Positions 36,301-47,829 of a stretch of 64,000 nt of DNA are shown one piece after another. The stretch comes from Euglena gracilis. Taxonomy: Eukaryota. The notes below the pieces were generated by a model. That model was given only the letters and a program-made list of their open reading frames with translations. It ran no database searches and was not told where the DNA came from. The stretch is from the NCBI GenBank assembly GCA_039621445.1, contig CP154954.1, positions 7,265,425-7,329,424 of the forward strand. The letters are read 5' to 3'. Position 1 is the first letter of the stretch, and the number at the start of each line of letters is the position of its first letter. The translations under genes were made by a program, and so were the position numbers.

Positions 36301-38895
36301 AAGGTGCCAGTTGGGGCGCAGGTCGGCGATAACCCGACGACGACGAGGTCCCTCAACGGGGTCGCCGTAGTCTGGTGGCAAGCTTTCCATACCAGGCCTG
36401 TCGTCCTGGGGGTCACGGAGATGTATATACACCTCCATGACGTAGGTGGTCCAGGCTCGCCACCAGAACTGTTGCAGCATAAAAATACGCTGCTTATGGA
36501 CGCGGCGACTTTTGCCCTGGACATCCGGGGCGTCGCGGCACACATGCATAAGCATGCGGCGTCCCATCTCCAGGCCCGGGTATCCCGAAGCGGTGGAGGA
36601 CTTCCGCGTACGCCGAAACCCCAGAAGTCGACAGGAAACTCCTGCCGGCAATACTTACAACAGAGGTCACACCTCTGTGGGTAAGCCAGGGAAACGCGCT
36701 TAACGCGGAAGGTGGAGCCGTAATGGCTCACCAGCCACACCTGGAGGTTGTTGCACCACAACAGCTCGATCAGGCGTTCGATGTCGGGGTTCAGTGGGTA
36801 GTATTTCCACTGCACACCGAGGGGCCCGACTGTGTGAATACAGTCGAAGATTGCCTTCAGCCCTCGGGCCAACATATGCTGGTCCCGAAATCCTAACTGG
36901 TGCAGGTAACTGCGGCCAGTGGAGTCGCTGAAGAGACCCCAGTTTTGGCAGGGGTATCCCAGCCAAAACCAGAGTTCCCAGAAACCTGGCTGGGCATCCA
37001 GCAAGGGTCTGCCACCTTCACCTTCGAAGGCATACAGATCTATTCCGTAATGGAATAGTCTGACTCGGTTCTCGGTGTGGCGTAATACCACGTCGATGAC
37101 TCGATGCCTCGCTTGAACGGGGTGACGGGGCGGTTTCCTGCAACATGGTAATCATGCTGCATTCGCCAGCCTTCGTCCTCCAGCTCCTCCTTGAACCTGA
37201 GCATATGCTCAAAGTCTGAGAGGACTTCTGCTGGTTCTTCTTCCTCCTCACGTGCTGTTCCCTTACCTTTACCCTCACCCTTCCCTTTGCCGGCCACGCC
37301 TTTGCCTTCTCCTTGCCTTTGCCCTCGGCCTTGCCTGTCTCCTTTCCCGTCTGGCGAATACCAGAGGGTCGGGCGCTCGGTGCCGCAGGAGTCGGTTCGG
37401 TTCCTTCCCATTCCATCTCTGGGGAGGGACCTGGCCGCTCTGCTGCAAGTCGCGGTGATGGCGTGGCTGGGCGCTTGCTAGGAGCCTGGCGTGGGCTTGG
37501 CTTCGACGCAGGGGGTCGCGGCTCCTTCCATACCGGAGGTATCGGCGGTGGCATTACGGCAACAGGACGGCTCATCGCCACCTGTGCCTCTGCCGGTGGT
37601 CGTCCAGCCGGGGTATCCTGGCTAGTTTCCACTTGCATTGCCATATCGCCTTCCGCGTCCCGTGGGCTGGGTCGCCTGGGCTGTGGGGTAAGGTTCTCCG
37701 TAGTCCTGTCGCGCTTCAGGGTGGCAGGTGATACTGCCACACCTGCCGGGGGCTCACCGGGTAATACCGGGGTTGCCACCCGCAGCTGCGGCTGGTACGG
37801 ATGGTGGGGGGTGTATCCACGACACTGAAGGGCAGCCAGAGAGGCGTAATACCTCGTCCGGTGCTCTTCAGACGCGAATACTGGCTCCTGCAGGAAGTGC
37901 CGAGCAAGCTCATCCTGCTCGGTTCCCGAAGGTGCCATATGATAGTACGGAGTCTCCTGCCGACGGGGGATATCCCCAGTCTGGACAGGGGCTGCACTCG
38001 GCGGTCGGGCTGCCTCACGGTGGGGAGGTTCATCCTCCACCACCATGGGCTCCGCCTGCCTTCGTGGCTCAACGCCAGGGACAGGGGCGACCGGTGATGC
38101 TTGTGGCATCCAGTGCATGAACATGTGTTGGACGTATGCCTCAGGGGGCACGTCCGATTGTCCGGCTGCGAGCACGCGTGCGCCGCGCGGGTAATCCGCG
38201 TGCGTCGCGTACCGCGAGACAAATTGCTCCGCTGGCGGCTCGCGCGGCGGCATTCGCTGCGGCGAGGGCGGGCGAGCAAAAATTCTCGTCATCCCAGGTG
38301 GGACATGCACAGCCTCACCTACCGATGCGGGCGTGTGCTCACGCATATGCACGGTGTGGGATCCCACCGGCGTCTGCGTTTGCAGCATGGGCGGTACATA
38401 CACGCCCAGGTCCATCATGGTCTCGCCGGGTTCGAAGCCGGAATCGGCTGCGGACGAGAAATACCGTCTCCCTGTCATCAGGGCCTGACCACAGGGACAC
38501 CACTGAGCCACAGGGGTGTTGGCTACCACCAACAACTGAGCACAGTATGCATCCCAAAGGGCTTGCATAAAGGGCTCCGTTGGGGGGTGTGCGCACATAC
38601 GCATCGCCCGCTCCAACGTCTCCGTAGTGCGGAAGATCATCTCTCCCGCCTACGGGGGCAGGCGCGATCTGCGCTGCGCTGGTGGCTGAGGTGCCGGCTG
38701 CTGGACGGCAGATGGATCTGGTACCGCATATGCGGACCGGCTGCTGGTAGCCGCGGCGAATACCGGGGCTGAAACCCTCTCAGCATGTGGGGCACCCGGA
38801 ATCGGGGCCTCTGCATACTGAGGGTACTGGGGGTATGGCGCGCCAGAAGGCTGCGGCCATGGTGGACCTGGTCCAGGTCCGCGCCCAGGCAGCAT
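33368..38895 (-). pseudogene. Family B extra 3' coding region (Pro-rich linkers, Cys/His-rich motifs), function unknown, broken into several frames
   Basis: Successive same-strand ORFs from ATG 38895, then 38640-37018, 37091-36291, 36173-35058, 35245-33368; GC-rich coding-like composition. Confidence 0.65.
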
Positions 38896-38967
38896 GATGC
38901 TACCCGAACGACGACGACAACGAAGGGTAACCTTGTTGTCAGTCGCTTTGAGTGCTGGTGCACTGAA

Positions 38968-41456
38968 TCCTAAAAATCCCTTTAAGTGTGTTAAAGTCTT
39001 AATGACCTCAGGAGTCCATTTCTTAATGGCCTCCATCTTACTGGGTGCGGCTTTACGCTGCCCGTTGCTCAGGATGTGTCCACAAAACTTAATAATTTTG
39101 CGAAACAGGTGCATTTTGGAACCCTTCACAAAAAGCACATGCTTTTGGAACGCGGATAATACCGCGCGCACATCGCGATAATGCGGGTCGAGGATATCCT
39201 CGCCCGATTTCGCGGATAGCGGTTGGGTTCCCACCAGTACATCATCGATGTACACCAGAGCAAACGGTAAATCGCGCAAAACCCACTGGATCATGCGTTG
39301 AAACATGGCTGGGCCATTCTTAACACCCATGGGGAGTACCGTCCATTGGTACACACCCTTGGATGTCACGAATGCCGTGTACGGTTGCGAATCAGGATGC
39401 AAATGCATCTGATGGAAACCGTCTTCCAGATCAAAGATTGACCACAACCGGTTATCCGATTGTTTTGTGATCAAATCCTCGATCAGCGGTAACGGGAAGG
39501 GGTCATCCTTCGTTTGGGAGTTCAGGTACCGGTAATCCAGCACCAGTCTCCACTTCTTCTGACCAGACTGGTCAGCGGGTTTGGGCACCACAAAAGCTTT
39601 TGATGTCCACTCGCTCTTGGAAGGGAGATTCCGCTTCCGCTGGATGAGCTTCTCAATCATCTCGTTGAGAGCCTGTTCGCGTTCACCCGAACAACGGAAG
39701 AATTTCCGGTGCATGGGTTTAGCGCCATCCTTGAGCTCGATTTTGCAAACACCGAACGGACCGCGAATCGCGGGGTCGATGTCGCAGGCGTAAACTGGAT
39801 TATCCAGTACACCATGAAATTCGCGAGTAATTCGCGAACAATAATCAGCAGACTTGGGATGTTGGTCCGCACTCTCAATGACCGCAGAAATCTGCGTTGA
39901 GGGTGTGGCATCCCCATTGGTGCCAAGGTATCTTGGCACACGCACATCGGATATTCCGAATGCGTCAAAGAAACAAACGCGAAAAATGATTTCTTTAACA
40001 GGTGGTAATAATATACCACAAAAATCCTCAAATAGTGGTACATCAGCGGGTAAATCCCACCAATGAAAACACACATTGGATAGCTGGTGAAACCAATCCG
40101 CATTCGGATTGACGGGTATGAGGAGTGCTCCTCGCGCTTCATCGCGGAGGATTTTCTCCACAACATCCAGAATAAGTTTTGGGGGAGGGTGCATCCATAG
40201 CACCGTATCACCCCAGAATTTAAGAAATGCGTTGGTATGTTGCGACCAATATCGCGACAATCGCGCATGCGCTTTTGATGAGAACGCATCAATTTCCAAC
40301 GACAAATCGAAGGAATCAGCCAAAGCCGCGATTTTGGAGAACCATTCCTCCAAAATACTGTATTGACCAAAATTAAATGCGTTCCATACGCGCATCGCGT
40401 AGGTGTCGACCTGGTTCGCGGGTTGAAGAGCGGTAACACAATTCAGGGATCCGCAAACATAGGTCAAGGGTGTGTCATCCACACTCCCAAGGGGCATTCC
40501 CAAGTGTTGATGGGTTGGCTGGGTGCATACCCAGTCCATATCATGCCAGATGGAGGTGGGGGAGGTGTGTGACACGGATTTCGCGGTCCCAAACAACAAG
40601 GCAATACCTCGTTGTTGGAGCACTTGATGTACGGTCGCGCTTGCCCTGCCTCATGGGGAACGAAAGTTGGTGTGTCAACGGGCAGGGGGTGAACTTTCTC
40701 GGTACACCCGGTGTGGAAAACGTTGGTTGGTGTGGTTGGTAACGGGGTAAAAGTTTTCGAAAACGGTGTGGAAAAATTGGTGGCTATCGCGGTTGACGCC
40801 ACAGGTGATGAGGGTTTGGGGGGCAATGAGGAGAATGGTGATGTGCGCAAACCGTGGGAGTGGCAATCCACTACCAGCCGGTGCTGACGTAAAAAGGGGT
40901 ATCCCAGGATTACGTCAGAACCATGGATTCCGGATTCATATCCCCAGGTATCCGGAAAATTTTGCGGTTGGGGGGGGTGTGAGTGGTGCTTGGGGATGAG
41001 GGGTAGGACAATTTCCAAAAAGCATCCCAAGTCACCACCGCACATGGGGGTGTTGTCAGCCGTCGTAATTTTGATCGGCTTCTTGGCTTTCACCAAGAGG
41101 GGGGTTGGTATCAACCCGAACCGAAAAAGTAGTGCAATGCGACAACCAGTGTCAATGAGAATTTTGACTTTTGCGCAAAAATTTTGGATTTTGATTTCCG
41201 CTTGGACCAAAAGTTCCATGGGGGGTAAGCAAAGTGAAGGGTCTGGCGAAAATACGTTTTCTTGCCAGCTTTCCCATGAACCCTTTCCTACTTTGCACAA
41301 CATTCCGAGCGGAAAGTTGGAGTGGGGGGTGGGGGACCCGAAAATTTTCCGGGTACCGACCAGAAAGGCAGATGGGCAGGGGGGGCAGGGTTGATCAGGT
41401 CCTACCTCCATCTGTTCATCAGCCCAGAGGTCCGTGCCCTCGGACCTCGGGCTCCC
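38968..41456 (-). pseudogene. pol: Family B pol: protease, adenine-MTase-like domain (~39955-40370), RT (YIDD 39241-39252), truncated after GFLG
   Basis: ORFs 41411-40464 and 40623-38650; ILIDTG; LPMGVKNGP; YIDD; KFCGH; LKGFLG. Confidence 0.92.
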
Positions 41457-44400
41457 CTACTCCAGGTCCGAACCGGCCGAATAGCCGGCTATGGGCCTTT
41501 TAGAGGTATAAACGGATTTCAACGTGCGCACCGCCATGCGGGCCTCGTCGAAATCGGTATCCGTGGTCTCATCCCCCTCCCTGCCCGAAGCCGGGGTGTC
41601 ATCCTCCAAACAAGATATCTTGAAACCGACTTTATGGCGGTTGGAGGAGTGACCCTTGTCACCGCGATTCATACCGCGATGACGTTGGCCAGGGCGGGGA
41701 GAACGAGAACGCGGACATTTGGATGAGTGGTGATCACTCGATCCACAAAGCGAACACCGAGATTTGTGTCGCGAGTCTGGGTAACGGGGGGATCGGTTTC
41801 CCGATCTCCCGTCAAACCGTGGTGGTGACTGGGTATCCCGTCGACCATGACCGGTGTATCGGGGTTTTCCCGATGAGGATCGCGAAGAAGAGGATCCGCT
41901 TCGCGAACGCGATCGCGATGTCTCGCGATGAGAATCACGCTTCTTGGCCGGGGCACCGGGTGACCTACCCCGAGGGGGACCGTGTTTCCGCTCATCGCGG
42001 AACGGGATCCGGGGGCTAATACCACCGGAACGGGGACCCGATGACCGTGAATTGCCCGATTGGCGTGAAAACACGGAGGAACCCGAACCTCGTGATGAGG
42101 TCGAGCCTCGCGGACTCTGAATACGCTTACGCGCTTCAGGATTAGGACATTCCCGAGACATATGTCCCGATTTGTTGCACAAAAAGCACACTTTATCCGT
42201 GGCTTGGTCCGAAGAACGCGGGTATCGCGTTTTCGATCCCGTGGTGGGTGAAGTAGGTGAAACCGGTGATTTTTGCAATGCGTTTACCGAACCAGCCGGT
42301 AATCCAGCGGTAGGGTGTGCGGTATACGCGGATTGAATCTGACCAAGAAGCTGTGATAGCTTCAATTGCTTGGAAACGTAGTTCCAGCGTTGGTCAAGAG
42401 TCATTGCATTACCCGCCAACTCCTCACGATGGATATCCTTGATGAGGCTAGGCGTGAAATGCATTAGAACAGCGTCAAACTGTTCGCGCATTTGCTTTTC
42501 ACTGAGTTCATCCACTTCAGCGGCAAGTCCTAACCATTTGGCATACCAAAGGTCAATGGACTTCCATTTGCGATCGGGTGGGGCGCATTGCCGCCACTTG
42601 GTCTCCAGGGTAATCCTAGCGACCAAACTTGAACTGGTGGAAGCGTATTGCTCCACCAGGTCATCAAAGGAAACGCGGTAGCGAATGACGAGTTGTCGCG
42701 CGCGCTCCTTCTCATCCCTAGGGAGGCAATCAATGAATTCCATCTTGATCACCTCCGGGTTTGTGTCCTGGGTTGGCCCTTTCAATGCCCAGTAGTACTC
42801 CCAGTCCCGGAAAAACTGTCTCCATGTGGTTGGGTCACCGTCCCATTGGGGCTTCACCTTATTCGCGATTGCGATGGTGCCCTTGAAGTCTTTCTGAAAA
42901 ACCCGTTGGCCCTCGGTGGTATTCCGTGGATTCGGGCCCGGGTACGCTCGAGCACCAAGCGTATCCTTTCCGGATTCTTGTCGGAATCGCGAAATTTCTG
43001 GTGAAGGTGAATCCTGGTACCGGAAATCCGGTCGCAAACCCTGTTGGTCACCCGTAATAGGGGGACACTCCGGTGTGGGGGTATGTCGCGCATGCAACGT
43101 GAGACCCACTCCCGGTGTACGGGTTTGGCTCATTCCACGCACAAGCACAGAATGATGGATTTCTTGGTGGAGACTTGGCGGAATCGCCGTGTTTTCCGAA
43201 AATTCGGTTCCCGTAATGGGAAATTCATCCGAAAACTGGTTTTGAGTTGTAGGCAGGGCCAATGGTGGCACAATTCGCGGAATCGCGGATTGTGACACTC
43301 GGGACACGGGTGGTGGTGGTGCATGTGCACCCAGATTCGGGTTGTGGAAACGCGAATCTGGAGCATCTGGCGCATCTTCGGTAATGCATACTGCCGAATT
43401 GCGGTGTGAAACCCGCTGTTGGTTGGACACATTATCCAAACCCACAGACAAGTCATGCACACTTTGCTCCAAATGCTCAACTAGTTGGAGTTGGCCGCAA
43501 ATACGGTCAACTTCATCCTCCAAAGCGCGAATACGCTTGCGGTAACGGGAAAAGTCATCCAAGTGCGGAATCCTTTCGGAAATTCCGGTAACATCTTGGA
43601 CAAGTTTCCCGTGAGACTTATCCAATAATTGGAGTTGTCCCATTAATGCTTTTACAGCATTTGAGAGAATCTGCAAAGGTGATGTTACCTTGGTTGGTGT
43701 GGTGGTGGGTGCAACCGGTGCAGGGTTATCCGAGAACGCGGTTGTGGTACCCATGGGCAAATTTCCAGGTTGTGGGTTATCCAACAACGCGGAAATTCGC
43801 TCATCCAACCTGGTAATCTCACTTTGCGTGGATCGGGCATTCCGATTCACCGATTCCTCAAGTCGTAATAGGCTGTTGCAGAAATCTTGCAAGGTTTGCT
43901 GATTGTTAGTGAGCATTTTGTCATAAAATGCCTTGAAATCAGGGTTCTCGGTAATCCGAGAACTGGAACCTGCAGGTAGAGACTGCATTTCCGTTACTTT
44001 GGTAGACACCGATGCATACCGGGTCTGGAGTTCCCCAATAGCAGTCTGAATACCGCTAATGTCCGGAACTCGGTGGGACAGTGCGGAATAGTTTGTTGCA
44101 AACCCGCAATGGCCGAGTTAATCCCGCCAATGTCGGACTGCAACTGCAACTGCAGGGAATCCTGCCGTTGTGCCATTTCCGCGACTTTTGCGCTCAGATT
44201 GGATAATCCAACCTGATTCGCGTCACAATAGCAGGTTTTCAGCTCCAAACGGGAAATTCGCTCCTCCAACTGCCGCACATATGTGTGGGGAGCAAAATTC
44301 TCGTTGGCGTGTGACTGGAATTGCCGAAACTTTTCCGTTTCGTCGCACAACTGCATAATGCGGTGTTGCGATTCATGGAAAGTTGCGGACAATGTGGTGA

Positions 44401-45431
44401 AATGGTCCATAGACACAAATCCACCACTGCTGGATGTTGCAGACGAGGAATCTCGTGCATGCAACTGTTGTTGCAAATGCAACAAGGCGGATGAACAGGA
44501 CTCCATTTGTCACGATAACCGTTGTAGTGAGTCATGCAAGTGCAGAAACTTGGAGTCATTCCGCGTTTCCGCTTCATGCATGCATTCACTAATTTGCCGG
44601 AAGTGTTGCGGGAGTTGTTGGCACATTCTGTCAAAGGTTTCCCGAAAGTTTGCAAGGTCAATACCCGCACTTTCGAAATTCCTCTGGTAATATCTGCCAA
44701 CTTCCTGCAAGTAATTCCAGCAGTGTTCCAGCTTGGTGAAGACATGTTTCTGGTTGTCCTCATCAAACTGAAGCACTTTGTTCAATGCGGTTGCACACTC
44801 TGCAACGCATTGTTGCACATGATTGAACTGCCTCACAAGGGGGTGATCCCCTGGAAGCCGAGCAACAATATCCTGCACATCCTCAGCAGTGAGGAGCTCA
44901 CCAGTGCCCTTCCCATAGTCATCCATGTTGGGATGTACCGGAGAATTCCGGCACCACGAGGCGAGTCTCCGGTTGCCAAGGTAGTGCGGGATAGCACCTG
45001 ATATCGGGGGGTGGTGGCAAAGCTCTGTAAGGGCTTGCCGGTGGAAGAGCCGGTGGGGGTTGAAAGAAACACGGGGTTTCTAGCCCACCACCACCAGAGA
45101 AGCCCGGTGGCGGAATCACCACGGGTCTCTCCGGTGTGTGCAGCTGCACCATTGCCGCAGACAGAGGCGAATACCCCCGTTGTGGCAAGGTGAGTGCGGA
45201 AGAGGCCGCATTAGCCTCTGAAGCCAATAATGTGGAGGGCTCATCGCCGACCACTGTCAATGATGACAAATGTTGCAATCTTGACAATTGAATCAATTGT
45301 GCCTCATCGGCATGGGAACTGGAAGCACTTTCACATAAAAGCTTCCAATCCCCATTTTCTTGATCAATGTCTTGCAATGATGCCTGTAATAAGGCATAAT
45401 TGAATTGATGGTTGGGGCCTGTGCTTTGCAT
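41457..45431 (-). pseudogene. gag: Family B gag, full span (~1320 codons), several frameshifts/stop
   Basis: ORFs 45464-44919, 44926-44510, 44506-43994, 44009-41457; two CCHC knuckles. Confidence 0.9.
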
Positions 45432-45635
45432 CTTTCTGATGACAAAAACAGCAAAAACCCACAAAACTAAGCAGTTGTGCTGGCACCAGAGGGGCTGTAA
45501 CGGGTAATACCGTACAGAACCTTCCAGAGCCTGCTCGTCTGCTTAGACGTTGACTAGAAGCCGGGAGCTGACGCTGCGACCGTGTAATAACGGTGCAGGG
45601 GCCCTCCGCTGCCAGTCAGCGTAGGATCGAACAAA

Positions 45636-45787
45636 TCTGCTACCAAGTGTAATACTTGATAGCGTTTTCTTTCTGTATGGGCTGTATGTGTAGGATCGTG
45701 ACCTAATCTGCTACCAAGTGTAATACTTGATAGCGTTTTCTTTCTGTATGGGCTGTATGTGTAGGATCGTGACCTAATCTGCTACCA
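45636..45787 (-). promoter_or_regulatory. Triplicated PBS, 71-bp period (family B, right arm)
   Basis: tctgctacca at 45636, 45707 and 45778. Confidence 0.85.
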
Positions 45788-46103
45788 AGTGTGCGTCTGA
45801 TTCCCAATTCCCCTGTCCCAATTCCCAAAAGCCTTCGCTTTCGCCTTGGCGCACCTACTTGGGAACTGAAAATCAGAGTAACAGTAAAAACCCTTTTCCC
45901 ACTTCCCAAGAAGCAAAGCACGGAGCAATGCGGGGAGGACGGACTGGAAATCCAAGTCCGGTCCGATGGAAAGGAAGGAAAAGGTATAAAGAAGAATACC
46001 ACCTGTGGAGAGAGAAGGGGCACCCATTAGGAGATCCTAATAGGATCTGCTTCCATCCTAACTTCCTCAACGGAAGGGGACAGAAGCATACGCCTGGTAC
46101 ACA

Positions 46104-47829
46104 AAATCCCACCAATGAAAACACACATACGATAGTTGGGTGAACCATTGCGCTTCCGGAATGATGGGTATGAGAATAACTCAACGGGCTTCATCCCGCA
46201 GAATTTTCGCAACCGCACATTCGATAATTTTTGGGGGAGGGTGCATCCATAACACCGTGTCACCCCAAAATTTATCAATGACGTGGCAAACGGGCTTGTG
46301 CATTGGATGAAAAGGCATCGATTTCCAATGCCAAATCAAAAGAATCAGCCAATGTCGCGATTTTGGAAAACCATCGTTCCAAAATGCGATATTGACCAAA
46401 ATTGAAAGCATTCCATACGCGTTTCACGTATTAATGCACCCGATTTCCGGGTTGGAGAGAAGAAACACAATGAATGGATCCACAAACATGCGGGTTGTCT
46501 TCCACTACCTCAAGGGGTAATCCCAAGGGAGTTTGGACAGGTTGGGGACTTCCCCATCCCGCATCAAATTCATACCAAGTGTACTTGGGATGGTGATTAG
46601 GCATGACGCTTTTCGCGTTTCCGAACAACGAGGTTATTCCGCGTTGTTGGAGTACTCGGTGTATCTCCGCGCATTGCGGGTTACAACCAAGTGTATCCTG
46701 GGGTGTGGATTCCGTATTCGGAATTGCAATTAGTGTCGGATTTTCAGCTAAACATCCACAATCGAAATCCGATTGGGTGGAAATTCTCCTGCAGTGCACA
46801 CATTGGAAGGAAGTGTAGTGGTGTGACGGGTGTGCGTACGTGGGTGTCGATGGCATTAGCCGGTGAGTCTTGTACAGGTGTGCCTGGATTCGGCACAACT
46901 GGTGGGTAACGGAGTGGTGGTGTGGCTGGGCGACTACTCGACACCGATATATCTTCAGGCCTTTGGGCTTTCGTCTTGTAACCCAGTGAAACGGCGGGGG
47001 TACCGCTACTCGCTTGCCCTGCCTCATGTGGAACGCATGTTGGTGTGTAATTGGGCAGGGGGGAGGCTTTCTCCGTACCCCGGGTGTGGAAAACGGTTGT
47101 TGGTGTGGTGGATAACGGTGTTGCCATTGTGGGTAACGGTGTTGGAAAAGTGGTGGTCACCATGGTGGATGTCAACGGTGATGGTGGTTTGGGTGTCAAT
47201 GAAGTGGTGGGTGCTGTGCGCAAACCGTGGGAGTGGCAATACACAACCAATCGGTACTGGCGTAAAAATGGGTATCCCAAAATTACGTCAGACCCGTGAA
47301 TTCCGGACTCGTAACCCCAAATATTGGTGAAATGTTGTAATTGTGGGGGTTGTGAGTGATGCTTCGGAATGATGGGCAAGAGTATCTCGAGCACACATCC
47401 CAAATCACCACCACACATGGGGGTGTTATCCGCGGTTGTAATTTTGATCGGTTTCTTGGCGCTTACCAAGAGCGGGGTCGGTATCAACCCCAACCAAAAG
47501 AGCAGTGCAATGCGACAACCAGTGTCAATGAGAATTTTAACTTTAGTGCAGAAATTTTGGATGCGGATTTCCGCTTGGACGAGTAATTCCATTGGTGGTA
47601 CGCAAAGTGAAGGGTCTGGCGGAAATACGTTTGCATGCCAGCTCTCCCATGAACCCTTTCCTACTTTGCTCAGCATTCCGAGCGGAAATGTGGAGTGGGT
47701 GGTAGGGGACCCGAAATAATTCCGGGTACTGACCGTGAAGGCAGATGGGCAGGGGGGGTTAGGTTGATCAGGTCTTACCTCCATCTGTTCATCAGCCCAG
47801 AGGTCCGTGCCCTCGGACCTCGGGCTCCC
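46104..47829 (-). pseudogene. pol: Family A pol 5' part (protease plus MTase-like domain), right arm
   Basis: ORFs 47784-46744, 47027-46431, 46411-46181; ILIDTG; LWMHPPPK. Confidence 0.85.

Larger units (their letters stand above)
32228..46103 (-). mobile_element. Family B LTR retrotransposon, right-arm copy: gag-PR-MTase-RT(no RNase H or integrase)-extra ORF
   Basis: LTRs 45788-46103 and 32228-32543; TSD (aaatc) at 46104-46108 and 32223-32227; triple PBS 45636-45787; PPT adjacent to 32543. Confidence 0.94.

Noticed and set aside
45620..45790. tRNA gene(s)
   Set aside because: Only a 3'-half-like sequence ending in CCA, no D arm or anticodon arm; explained as PBS
32228..46103. Classification as a DIRS element because of the MTase-like domain
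   Set aside because: Direct LTRs, 5-bp TSD, PBS/PPT and an aspartic protease are present; no tyrosine recombinase motifs seen
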